Assembly (NCBI GenBank): GCA_977030845.1 | Contig: OZ365111.1 | Location: forward strand, 9,796,001 to 9,860,000 | DNA length: 64,000 bases | Direction: 5' to 3' | DNA from: Fimbriosthenelais zetlandica | Taxonomy: Eukaryota | Shown here: in pieces, positions 40,401 through 52,100 of the stretch | How positions within the stretch are numbered: the stretch's first letter is position 1 | Layout of the letters: each line of letters begins with the position of its first letter | Notes under the pieces: generated by a model | Told to the model about the DNA's origin: nothing | The model's database searches: none | What the model saw: only the letters and a program-made list of their open reading frames with translations | Translations under genes and position numbers: made by a program

Positions 40401-42716
40401 AAAGTTGTGGCGAGGTTCCAAGAAGAATGCTCTAATCGAGATAAAAGAACTCCTTTGGCTTCCTTTCAGGTTCGGAGTTGGAGGAAGTTATGCCATGATA
40501 TTTTCAGTGCTCTTGGTGAAGCTGATGATAATTCTATCTTCAAAAAATGTTGGATATCTAAAGGGAGTTTATCAGGTAAGCAAATTTGAGAGGAATCAAT
40601 TCCTATTTATGATAAATCGCCCCAGAGTAACTCAGTAAGAGATTCATGAGAGTCAGTCATCTTTTGCAAACTTATGTCACAGGATGCACCAATCCGTTCT
40701 ATATTCTGATTGGCTAACGAGCACCATGTGACATCCTATGACATCATACTTGCTAAAATATGACTGCCCTGTGATTGGGGCGACTCGATTATCATGTTTA
40801 GGAATGGATTTCTCTCTGTGGAGACATCAATCAGCTATAATTTGTAGTGAAATCAACTATCTCAGCTCAGAACGACCTAGGGGAATAACTTTATAGCAAG
40901 TGTTTGGCATCCCTTTAAGAGATGAGAGAGACGCCTATTGACTTTAAAATGTAACTTTTGTGACAGGTCCTGATGTTCATATTTGCTTGGGGCGTTCAAT
41001 TAGTCCTTGATGCGGAGTGGTTAATCTTAAGGCCACCACATGTTGTCTATGACAATTCAACAGGTGAGTAAAGAGAAGATACAAATATAATTTTAAAAAA
41101 CTATTGGGTAATTTGGCAGAAAATTCACGTTTGATGAAGCTGTTTCATTGATCACCTGGATTTAGGCCTACTGGAGGTATAAACCTTAAAGTTTCACTGG
41201 TTTCTACCAATTTTCGGTCTAGAGTGTGTCATTTCATTTTGCAGATCCAGCAAGATGGGTTTGCTCTCAAGGATTTGTTATCCATGTGCAGACTTTAGTC
41301 TATGTCATGTTCCTTATTGCCATCACCACCATCATGGCTATGAGAGCGCATGGCATCATCACCAACCACCGAGAGGGCATCTTCATTGGCCTCACTGCTG
41401 GCTTTACCATCCCTATCTTCATAGGCTGGGTCCTGCTTGGCATGCTCAGTAATAACCCTGAGTTTGAGGACCCTGTTGTAGCCTTTGGCTTGTTGATAAT
41501 AGCCACTATGACTCTCTTTATTATGTACCTTCCGAAGGTAAGTGAGGGTTTTATATTATAGTATTAAATAAATTTCTCATTATGTGTTTATCCTTCGGTA
41601 AACCTTTGGTGTTCATCAATCAACCCAAACCCAGTTTTTGACTAAAATGAAGTCCTTAGGTTATTACTTTGTATCCCCAGAGAATTCTTTCAAATGCTAC
41701 TGCATTGAACAAACCAGAGCAGTTGTGCAGTTGCGCTAATGGCGCTTGCGATACTTTATAGATGCATCCGCCTTTGTCTTTCCCTTTATGCACCACTAGC
41801 CGAGAGAGTGCGCGCTTAATCAAGTGAACTCATACATAGCCTCTGGAACTTGATTGGAAAAATCTTATCAGAGATCTCGATTGCTTGCGTTTTTTCTGAA
41901 GTCACATAATTATCAAGAAAAACGCAAGCAACTGGAGTCGTCCGCAGTCTGTTCAAGGCATAATATTACCATACAATGTAGTTCTTATTGCTTGCAGGTA
42001 CGACAATTAAATTCTATGGGCGTGGAAGGCATCTATGCAGAAGATGATGCACCAGACTACACGTCCATAGCAGCACCCTCAGTTGCCCCTGGCTCCATTG
42101 TAGCAGGTTCTGTAATGTATGGACCACCCAGCTATAAAAGCAAAAATGGTTCCATGGTTTTCGCTAATGGTGGTGTCTATGCTGAACCACCTGCTGTGAA
42201 ACCTGCCCATTATCACTACGAGGGTGATCAAAGTAAGTCAATTGCTACTTTAAGAGGTCTAATTATTTATCGTATATATTGGCTAATTATTATTAAGAGC
42301 CATAATTGATCTTTCAGCAGTGACTGATTTTGGGTAAATCTGTATAGACTCCTAATTAATGAACCCTGTCACGCAAGACTGCATTTATTCGAAAGTAACA
42401 TTTGATCTTTTCGTTTCATTAAGGCGCTCTATACTTAAGGCATCCTGGAGTACCCCAAACTGAGCGGGCTCACAGTGTTCGCTCAGCACCTGTGGGAAGT
42501 GGCTTAGTATACACGTTGCCACGTCGGGGTGCTGCACCAGATTCCCTCTATGCTACAACCAGAGTTCTCCGCATGACTGGAGATCTGTCCGGCCGGAAGG
42601 CAGCATCAGAGTATGGAATCAATGACCAAGAGTATGGAACGCTCCGATCAAATCGCAGTGGACCTGCTGGGAGCTTATCAGGGACTTTAAGAAGTAAGAA
42701 ATTTAATTCTAATTAA
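19465..42716 (+). CDS. Class C GPCR, metabotropic glutamate receptor-like (signal peptide, Venus flytrap domain, reduced cysteine-rich region, S/T stalk, 7TM, C-tail), about 970 aa
   Basis: Exons 19465-20895, 39704-39974, 40133-40319, 40470-40575, 40967-41063, 41245-41537, 41998-42232, 42424-42716. All are GT-AG and phase compatible (2913 nt). VFT motifs IGGMFGVHE, RGIQNLEAF, ISHAATSTALS, FLRTVPSD, NPWFNEYWQEKFNC. 7TM motifs TCAIIRFGVG, NHREGIFIG, LFIMYLPK. An acceptor at 19455 implies an upstream non-coding exon. Confidence 0.92.
22415..23314 (+). repeat. Left terminal inverted repeat (about 900 bp) with internal AATTCCGT/ACGGAATT array
   Basis: The outer ~280 bp read as the exact reverse complement of the right end by eye. 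Array from ~22540 to 23265. The inner block TTCAGGGGACAGTGATTCACTCC (23292-23314) matches 37500-37522. Confidence 0.92.
23740..23958 (+). promoter_or_regulatory. CpG-rich promoter of the transposon-borne HECT gene
   Basis: GGCGGGG (GC box) and GACGTCA (CRE-like) at ~23761-23773, CGCGCATGCGCA (NRF1-like) at ~23833-23844, ATTGG (reverse CCAAT) at ~23870, palindromic E-box GTCACGTGAC at 23884-23893, all just upstream of the ATG at 23959. Confidence 0.55.
23959..33902 (+). CDS. Transposon-borne HECT-domain E3 ubiquitin ligase (G2E3-like HECT), about 741 aa, 13 coding exons
   Basis: Exons 23959-24003, 25970-26071, 29160-29462, 29747-29881, 30251-30385, 30570-30860, 31038-31088, 31381-31436, 31676-31968, 32381-32559, 32776-32948, 33186-33403, 33658-33902. 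All are GT-AG and phase compatible with no internal stop (2226 nt). HECT N-lobe motifs VRFVGEVGIDGGGLTHEF and YRTMGSIMAYSIVHRGPTPCFL. C-lobe VLMFATGLDKPPPLGFHP...EANTCIHILSIP with the catalytic Cys. The first two exons are the least certain. Confidence 0.85.
25445..25519. repeat. Mini hairpin / very short MITE-like element
   Basis: 17-bp perfect inverted repeat TCAGGGGCCTGTTTCAG ... CTGAAACAGGCCCCTGA around a ~41-bp spacer. A similar end (CAGGGGCCTGT) recurs near 61186. Confidence 0.55.
26159..28551. mobile_element. Possible degenerate non-autonomous hAT-like element nested in HECT intron 2
   Basis: Inverted ends AGGGTGTAAAATTG (26159) and CAATTTTACACCCTG (28551), plus a shared subterminal GGGCGCATCCAC. 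No TSD and no coding capacity seen. Confidence 0.35.
27960..28430. repeat. Cluster of short direct and inverted repeats with a central 49-bp palindrome
   Basis: Repeated CTCGCTGATGTTACCATATC and GATATCATATCTTCAGCGAGAGGAGGCTG units, an inverted copy CAGCCTCCTCTCGCT near 28405, and perfect 24-bp arms at 28123-28146 / 28148-28171. Confidence 0.7.
30576..30838 (+). repeat. Three tandem 87-bp coding repeats in HECT exon 6
   Basis: PDIDPPVQQSLL(P/S)TEPESTVSIEDGARQV three times; the copies are nearly identical (P/S substitution in copy 2). Confidence 0.95.
32046..32271. mobile_element. PIF/Harbinger-like MITE (226 bp) in HECT intron 9
   Basis: Imperfect TIRs AGCGCGTTCTGCACTATACCGATCTG / CAGATCGGCGTAGTGTAGAACGGGCT, flanked by TAA (left) and TTA (right), i.e. 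a TWA target. Confidence 0.65.
33930..34419. mobile_element. 490-bp MITE with CCCGG-polyG termini between the convergent HECT and transposase 3' ends
   Basis: Left CCCGGT(G)nTACTCGGAATTTAAGTGGGTACAAGTGCTCGTTCCC matches the reverse complement of right GGGAACGAGCACTAGTACCCACTTTAATTCAGAGTGCCCCCCGGG. No clear TSD, so the superfamily is not assigned. Confidence 0.7.
34495..35619 (-). CDS. IS3-like (IS3EU) DDE transposase with integrase core, 374 aa, intact
   Basis: N-terminal HTH IAEVARQLGVSRKTVY. Catalytic region WHIDGNHKL...GAIDGYTR...RTDYGGEN...NERIERLW (D-D-E). C-terminal HNQHGLSTEGGSSPLQLY. A splice acceptor (ttttcag) lies directly before the ATG. Confidence 0.93.
   Translation of the reverse strand: MDVDRLKELLDAKIPIAEVARQLGVSRKTVYAYIKKEKIQYKRFTAVTDEELHNNIAALKERHPESGEVIIKGHLRQQGLHVQRSRIRKVIKEVDPEGVEERRSSTIQRRKYSVPCPHYIWHIDGNHKLIKWKFVIHGAIDGYTRLITFLHVSDNNRASTVLQQFDLAVEQFEWPLRIRTDYGGENRDIWEKMQQARGPRSVLTGSSVHNERIERLWKDVNEKVTGKYKRLFAKMSDEEMSDPDNEVDIMCLHWLFKSLLQQDLSEYAAAHNQHGLSTEGGSSPLQLYVLKRHLKELHVDDYQPEDDCEADDATPWNIQQPQPHVHCDIASSFSRHLKEQLTALGQPSTLEEAYHLFNDVARTVGTYQLIHGHI
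37422..37490 (-). other. Probable non-coding first exon of the transposase gene, next to the right TIR
   Basis: Donor GAAG|GTAAGA at 37422/37421; the only ATG in it is followed at once by TGA. The transposase ATG is preceded by an acceptor, so an upstream exon is needed. Intermediate exons are not excluded. Confidence 0.4.
37500..38341 (-). repeat. Right terminal inverted repeat (about 840 bp) with internal array
   Basis: Reverse complement of the left TIR. Array from ~37593 to 38220 with a different unit number and order. An insertion of about 40 bp lies near 37523-37560 relative to the left TIR. Confidence 0.92.
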
Positions 42717-45700
42717 ATAAAATGTTAAATGGAGCGGATTAATTTTAGTGTACATGTAGTTAGTAAAAAAAAATGAGCACAATGTTCAAAAGACGATTCT
42801 TATATCATTTCTTGGAAAGTCTGCTATTAATCCAATCTGATCTATAGTATTAGATCTAAATTTGTTATTAATTATCTTTATTTATTAATTAATTTTATAC
42901 CTGCTTTTGGATGGTAGAGCACTTGACATGACTAGAAATTTATCCTTGTAACATAGCATTTACTGATGTTCACTAACAACCAATTCTATTAATAGAAAAA
43001 TTCGCTCATGGTTTGACTTAATGGTACAATATTTTTTGGGGGCTCATGGTAAAATTTTGAACATGGGTTTTGCTATTCCATTCTAATAGACCCCTCACCA
43101 TCTTGGGAATGGTTCTGAACATGATATAAGGTATGGAAACTGAGTGCATTGTTGATATCCAATTTGGTGAATTTCTCTCTGCACTTGGGCAACTCCTTTA
43201 CAGCATATAGTAAGGGCTTTGACCTGCCTTGTGCATTTCATTTTATTTCTAATTTCATATAGTGTACGTTTGTCCCCATCTAGATGTTTCCCTCATATGT
43301 ACCTCTTACTTTTAAGTGGACTGGAAACAATTACTGATATCATGTAGACTATTAGAAATGTAACTGCTCAGTATTATATAATATAAGATATTTTAAACGA
43401 AAGGATTTTTTTCCTATAAGTTGCATCAATTAAGTGAATCCTGATATATGAAACATATAGCATGAAAATCAGGTTGGAATTATTAACAAGTGTTAGCTGC
43501 AGCGAATCTGAGACCTTATCATAGTCAGACAATAATATATATATTGGATATGGCCACATTTATTTGCAGCATAATAAGAAACAGGTACTTTCTCTGGTAC
43601 ATTTGGATGGAAGCTTGTACTACTTGTGCTTTAAATTGTAAAGCAAAGCATAGATGATTGTTAACTCGCTCGTTTAACTTCCAAAACAATTGAAAAAGAA
43701 CAAATGTGTAAAAAAATAAACATGTAGGACTAAATGTTGCCCAATACACATTCACCCATGTTATAACATCACACATTTGTTTTGGCTACAAGGTAAAAAT
43801 TCACAAATTAATATCCAGGGTCCATCGAGCAATTAAATTTGATGAACACGGGTAACAAGGGTATATGACATGTTCACAATCTTGTATTAAAACATATTAC
43901 AATCATGTCTTTTCAATTCCCCATTCACATTCATACTTGCACAACCAACCCCAATCAACCAATCCACGCATTGTCTTTTCTCAGGAACTGGGCCTTTGCT
44001 TTAATCGAGATAAAAATCCATAGGTTATCTAGTGCATAACCAAATACCAAGGCATACTTAGATGTAAATCTATGTCCGCTGTTTACTATCATAAGTAAAT
44101 TATTATCATCCTGTTCTGTCCAATGCTTATTAACAGGAATTCAACACCCTTTACACACTTGCTATTTCCTTTGAACTGAATTACATTGCTGAAACTGTGG
44201 AACTGTTGCAAATGAATAGATTACATGTATTAGTACTCCTTCCTTATTAACAACCACCATTTGGATTCTCGGGGATTCTCCCCTGAGATTGACAAACATC
44301 TTTGGGATACTCCTCATTGATATATTCCCTTGGAGTACTCTTTATAGTTTTACAACCACCCTTGGAGTACTTCTTTCAGATTAACAACCCCCTTCCCACT
44401 TCAAGTACTAAGTGTGATATATTTATGGCATAGTTTGGACACCGAGAATGAATTATTTCATATTCGATCTACTTCCCTTTCCCTTTCTAATATATGAAGA
44501 AAAAACTAATGATCAAGTTTTGAGTGTGTAAAGAGTACAGGAATGATATGTGCATTACTAACAGGTTCTCATAATTCCTCCCTTGTATTTTCTGCTATAT
44601 TAGTTAAATAATTTTTTTCTAAAAACATTACATTAGAATAAATAATCAGTACAATAAACTTTATCCGGCAAATATGCTAGAAATTGATCCAAATTTTTCA
44701 AAATGTCCATTCCCCATAATGTATAGACAACGAACATTATTATTCTGGTTACATATTTACATATACTTAGCTGCCGTTTATGAAATATTGATATGAATGC
44801 TCAGTGACATTTTATTTACAATAATATCTTAATGTGAAGTCGCGCGTCTTGATTTGGATTTCAGAAAGTCCCTAGGATGTACGAAAAGAGTTCTTTTGCT
44901 AGATATACGATGGAAATATTGAGATATAAATGTTCTAATTAATGTTGTACGTTTTCTTTTCCAGAACCAAGATCTCTATTGGACTTAGGATCATTATAGG
45001 AAATACATCATAACAATATGTAGTTGACTTTGTCATCAGCTGACATATAAATGCGGCAGGGCTTGCCACCAAACAGTATCCACATATTACATATATGTAC
45101 AGTCGTGCTTCATGACATCTGTCAACAGAAACTAGAGTCCAAATTGATCTAAAATATAATTAAATTATACAAATTCATATAAGTCACCCAGGAAAAAATA
45201 TGAGCCAGAGCTTACTGCCATAATGTCTGGAATATCACGTCGATTATTATTAAGTCTTGAAGTAAATGATGAAGAAAATTCATCTAATATTCATGAATTA
45301 AAAATTTAATATATCACTTTGTCTATGTTATGTAACATAAAAGTTCATTCTAATTAAATTTATATGTATATGTCTTACTATATTATGGTAGTTGGGTGAA
45401 GATATTAGAAGGGAAAGTTGTGCAAACTTCTAAAAGCTTGTCTTTAACCATTTTAACGAGCAGAATTCTAATTTAACAAGGTTAATGACGGAGTCTTTAC
45501 ACCATTTCTTTTAATTGACTCATTACAAATACTAGGTTGTTGGTACAGTTAAACCCAACATAAGTGAAGGACTTTGCTTCATTGAATATTACACAACTGA
45601 GTGTATAATAATTTGAGACTTATGCAGTTGGATGTTCCGAGTCCAGTTGGAGTGAGGTCCCTTTCGCAACATTACCACTCAGACCATTTTGTTGACCTCA

Positions 45701-48700
45701 AATGTGTGTATGTACTCACATTGTAAAACAAAGTTATTTCAAGCCAGTGTGAATCAGAATGATACGTGTGTATTTGTGTTAGTGTGACAGATCAGAGGCC
45801 ACAATAGCAAATGACATCTGTGTAGGAGATGCCGGGTCCTATAATAATGTACAGTATGCCCTCACTTCAGCATTACCTTACCAGACCCCACAACACCCAG
45901 TGCTACCATATATTTGTATCTATAATGTAAGTGCTTGTGGGGTGTATATATATCAATTTAAAGCAGGGCACGCCTTTGTGATCCTATTATTCTATAATAA
46001 TAATAATTATAATATGTAAATTATCATTATTGATAGAAAATCTGTTCTAATTCTAATAATGGGTTGTTCATATTAATTTTATTCCATTCTCTTTTAGTGG
46101 ATAGTACTATTTTCCAGCTAAATCAAGAATATACGATTTTTTTTTATATAGCATTTGCATTTTTCATGTTTTCTACATGTTCTAAGAAATTGTAAACATT
46201 GATGGAATAAAAAAACATGTATGGACTTTTTGTGTGTTTGGGACTTATGATTGCTCATAAAAATGATGGATATGAATATAATTATATTGCCATCTAATTT
46301 ATTTCTCAGAATCAGAGACAGAGACTGCCAGATAAGCATGTGTAGAATACATTGCATTTCTCTGGGCAAGTACAATTACTTTGTGCATTTTTAAGATACG
46401 GATACATAGTCAATACAAAATTTTAACATAGGTCCATTTGACAGGAGGCAAAATTATATGATGTATACATTAATCGGTAATTGGATCGACTTTAAATCAT
46501 TGCATCAAACTATACGAAAGTATAAAAATATTTCCCTTTAACTAGTAAGGTAAAATACCACCAAGTAGGCCGATGTGCCATTCATAAAAAGCTAAGTATT
46601 AATCAAATTATATGTTCAAAAAGCACCTGATAAAAGGAAACTAAGTATCGGCAAGACAAACGACAAGCTTTGGTAAAAAAAAATTGCTGGACTTCAGAAT
46701 TAAGCCGTCAAATTATTCCCTCATAATAATATTTTCTTGGTCATAAAAACCAAATATAATTTGATATACTAAAAAAATTAGATAAAATATTTATATGATA
46801 AAAATGGCCGCCTGATGTACTCTCCAGAATGATTAGAAGGTAAAGTGATGCGACTAGGCATTTTTTTTGCAAGTTTCGCTAGGTTTCTACCAAACTATTT
46901 CTATTCTTCTAAAATAGATACAAAGCCCAACACATACCTTTGGATAATACTCACTTTGAATATCGCGCATGCAAACGAAAAATAATATCCGATACACGTA
47001 ATTAAAATAATTTAAACTTACACGTGCAAAATAATAATATACAAACGATCGCTCTATATAAATGTAATTCCCTGAACCCGCTTTTCATGTCTCTCTTCAA
47101 TATTCATTCAGCCATTAGAATTAGTGACAATGACTGACATGACATAGTGGGACTAACATTACAATACAGCTTCAACAAACAGCCCAGGTATACATGTACT
47201 CATAATCAACTGAACTATGATACATTTCAGAAATTAAATACAGGTGGAAACATGTTATGCTCTAAAACAGTATGCTTCCATTCTTCCAAATAAATCACTC
47301 ATAGGAATCAAATTTTAATTTGCCAAGCTGTAATTGCTCTCTCAAATGGCAGCAATTGCATACCGAAAATCAATGTCAAAATATGTAACAAAATTAAAGG
47401 AAAATAAACACATATCAACCAACTAGATCGATCTAAAAATAACAATCAAATCAACCATGAGACATACTAAAAAGTCATCTACTCATCAAAAAACAGTTTT
47501 ATATTCTCATAAAAAAGTTTTAGAATTCCAAATTGTCCAACATTCACTCAAAAGGAATGCATCCATGTGCGCTGTAGAAACACAGCAGAATCCCACAGGA
47601 TGGACAATCTGCTCCAGTCACAATACCACGGTATTATTTAACAAATACCAACTGAAATGCAGTTTTACAAAAACAGTTAGAAACTTAATATTTATCTGCA
47701 ATAGTATTAATGTAGTTAGGCCTATACTGTGTGCGGTTAGTGCTGCGATATTTATGATCATACCTGAAGATTGAGCAAATATTTTCAGTCCCGTCTTTTC
47801 ACCATTTCAACCTCTCATTTGTTTTATAGTTTACATCATGATAAAATATAAATAGAATGAAACCAACTTTTAAAGATGACTTGGTTAATGGTAAATGAAA
47901 AATGAGGCCCCGTAACCACTTTAATAGTTAACTACATACAGTTTTAAATGACTATCGGATATAAGCATACACATATAGAGGGTATAAGATATAAAGCACT
48001 TTTTGACATTTCAACTTTAGATCACATAGAATTCCAATGAACAGCATTGAGTCCAGCTCGAGGCTAAATTTTGATTACACGATTGAAAGACAGATTATGT
48101 CCCAAGTCTACTTTGGCAATGGGAACTTTCAGAATCCTATCTTTCAGGCACAGATTTTGCATGGAATGATAACAATTCCATCCATTCAAATATACTGGAT
48201 ATTGCTGGACCATTTAAAAGATTACAAAGTTAATGGATTGAGATTCTAAATCTAAGTATACCAACATAATGCTGGGACTAAGCATGGAGGTATAGGGACC
48301 TATATTTTCATGGACTAATCTACAGCCCTTGCTCTGAATATACATTAACATTCTAAGTAGAAAATCAGAAGGAAACCTTAACTGGAAGCCTCAATCACAG
48401 AAAAACACTGCATAGAAAAACCAGCTTCAAGTAAATGAGAATTAAAAAGGTGAACTTTCAGAGGTAAGAAAACGATTACCCAGCTGTGTTGATACAATAG
48501 TTATGGAAGCCTTGGGCAGCAGAAAGATTGAGACATTATTTGTTTCCTTTATAAATGTGGAACGTCGGTTTAATAGCAATGTTAGAGCTGCTACCATCAC
48601 CTCATTTCTCTTAGGCTAATATTATCCTGATTATAAGATCTTAATCAGGATTCAATCTGCAATAAAATTATAGAAGTGGTTAACTTGATTAATTGTAGAA

Positions 48701-49197
48701 AGTTTTGCCAGGCCAGTGTTTAATATACCCGTTAACAGTGCGCGATATCTCTGTTTTAGGTTAGACAAACATGTTATATACCAATGCCTTAAATAATTAT
48801 ATTTTTAAAGGAAAGGGTCAGCCAATTTAAAATGGGGACTCATTTGAAAGCTTATAAATATACAAACCTTTGTTGCTAGTCCTACTCCGATATTCGTCTC
48901 CGTATAAAAGAAATCGCATTCGGAAATTCCTGGCTAAAATAATTACGGCCGGGAAAGGGAGGCGCCATTTTCCCTAGCGATATTTGGGGAGGGAGTGTAA
49001 TGTTTGGATATTAATAAACCTTCCATTGAGTCCCATGTTAAATTTGACTTGCCTTTTCCTTTAATATTATTAATGTACTATCCAAGGGTAAATCATACAT
49101 ATATATATTTTTTGCAAATATTAACATTACAAGTATCTTGTGTATATGATAAGTAAATACTTGGTATCATAATTATTGCATTAAATTCTTCTCAATA

Positions 49198-52100
49198 TTA
49201 AACAAAAAGAAAACGACTACTCACATTAAAGAGATCGGAGAATGCCACAATGGACTTCCTGCTCTCGCTATAGTAGAAGAGTAGATGGGGACCACTATGA
49301 CCCACCAGATAGCCTTTATGTATGGTCACTTTATAACGGGTACCACTGGCCGACTTCACCATGGGTTCTAACACAGGCGCCCAGGCCCAGGTAGTGTAGT
49401 CTTGGAAATGCTTGAAATCAGCCTTAAATTTGAAACAGAGCAAGAAATCTATACGATTTGAAGGACATAACTTGGACCTGACAAAATCTAATAAAGAGTG
49501 GTACAAATAATATATATGATAGACGAGGCATAAAACACCACATTCGCCAATACAACCACTTTAATAAAAAAAAAAAATCTAATAAAAAAATCTAACTACG
49601 GGTAAGTACGGGCATATATAAAATTGAAAAGAATTTTGAAACGCAAAGACTGGTAAAATAGGTATTTACCCTTATCAATCCAATCCAGTCCCACCTATCA
49701 ATCGGAAGCTCAGGTGAGACAATATAAGCAAAGAGACCATCAAGATTATTGTTCCAGTTCCCGATTTCATCGAACGACACTAACGCCTCCCGTGGTTGCG
49801 ACGAGACCTATTGAGAATATGAAAGTTTAATTTTAACCCAGACAAAAATCGTTAGTCCTAAGTGTAAAACTATGAGAAGAAAAATGAGGCAAACCAAATA
49901 TTATTTGAGTGGAGTTTACCAATTCTAACCTTAAATAATATCCTATAATTTTTGTTAGTTGAACACCAAAACTCTGCACTAGAAACTGTTTCTATTTTGT
50001 ATTGGTTTTTATAGTCCAACGTTTCGGCAAGTTGGTGCCTTCTTCATAATACTAATACTAATGTATAATTCCTAATACTTTATTATAATACTATATGGAA
50101 AAGTAGTACAAACCTTTACGTCAAAACTAGCAGATACTGCCTTGTGGTCACTGTCTCTGAACTCGGGATGACCGGTGTAATGTTTCTGGGCCACTGACAG
50201 TGGTAAGTTCTCTATTGATGCCTTATGAGAGAGCCACAGAATCCTATCACACCACCCAGGCTTCCTCTTCTTATGACTGTACGAAGAGCAACAGTTCTCA
50301 ACTGTTACAAATCCATATTTGACCATTCTCTTAAGCCATTGGCGCGCACAAATTCGAAATGACCCATTAATAATTCGTTGGGTTATTGGGCCGACATGCT
50401 AATTACGATAAATACGGTATCGGTATATATAATGGGCTCAATACAATATATTGTATTGAGTCCATTCACCTGAATAATGACGTATCATTTTTATCAATCC
50501 TGGGCCATATGTTCCACGGGAAAATGTCAAAAATGTATCCAAAGTTTTTGGTCAAGTATAAAATTAAAATCCTACCTGGAGTCATAGTTATCAGTGCCGT
50601 AATCAAATTTGTATGTGGGATTGAAAGAAATGTGGCCTTCATTGAACTTGACGAAGATAACTTCTTCCTGCATCAGCTTCATGAGCTGATCGTATTTCTT
50701 GAGTGCCTCCAGTTCACCGCGTTTAATGTGGTAATACACTTCCTCGTTACCAATATCGTCCAGTCGGAAGTTGAGATCACCAATCCAGAAAACATAACTG
50801 AAAAAAACAAAAATGGTTTGGCTTAAATCGTGTTATAATTATGTGTTATATCATATTTCCTTTGTAGAAGATGATAGAGAAGTTCTGAGAAGCTAAGGTG
50901 AATTCCCGAAGTCCAAAAAATCCGAAGATAAAAAACTTCGAATTGCATATACTAAAGGTGCACACTAATCCGATACTAAACTAGCCATCATGTTACCAGT
51001 AATCATTAATAATCCCATTTCCCCTGCCAGACTAAGCTTTAAAAATCCACTAAGCCATTATAATGACATCATGACATACCCGGGAGAGTTTTACAAGACA
51101 GTCTCACACCTCAATGATTAACCTCGTTAAATCAGGCAGCGTTTATCTTTAGAGATCAAGTAATTCAATTTCATTACCAAGAATTCTGATGATTCATATA
51201 GAATATAATTATAGAATTAATTTATAGGAATAGACTGAAGGCAATTATCTACCTCACATTTCCAGGTCGCCAATTACAATCAGCCTAAAACCTGTGTACA
51301 TAACAATGACCCTCTGTGAGAGAAAGATGTGTATTGAGAGGCAGACTAAAAATCATAGATGAGTACCAAAAAACATACTTAAAACCTTAATATTTACTTA
51401 AAAACTTAATATATAAATCTATCTAATGCCTGTTACTCTGTTAAAATAAACTTTGAAATTTAAATATTTCAAAAATTCACTTTTTGACATAATTCCTCAT
51501 GCAAGGACTAAGTGCTTTCCAAACATAGAAAAAGTAATATCTTTTGTTCTAGGCCCACATAAACCAACTCCACACCTAAATCCATCTTTTTGTAATTCCT
51601 ATTCCACTATGTGTAAAGTGAACATTTTCAAACTTCTGTCTAGACTCTTGTCTCTAAGCAAAGTACTGGTACTTAACTGCTATAACAACACAGCCTCCTA
51701 GCCCTCTATTCTAATCCTCCAGTCTTGCACCCACCCACCATTCTGACCTGCTGCCACAAGAGAGTTTCCTCCTAGACTTGACCACAACACCTCTAAGCAT
51801 ACACACCAGTCAGGGTCTCCCCCTAGACTTGACCACAAACCCCTTGACTATATATAATTCTTTTGGATAATCACTTATTGTGTCAAAGTAATCAATTTCA
51901 GGCTAATGTTTTGAAATATGAGGATAGGTATTACAAATTGTAGATTCAGATATTCTCTATCTCATACTTAATTTAATTTCTCAGTGCCAGGAGGTATATA
52001 AGTTTCACTGTTACATGTGGACTCAAATGCTTCAATTACTAGAGATTTGTCATTGCTTTCATTAAAAAGAAGCTGAACATTTCATTTTGCAATCATTCTT

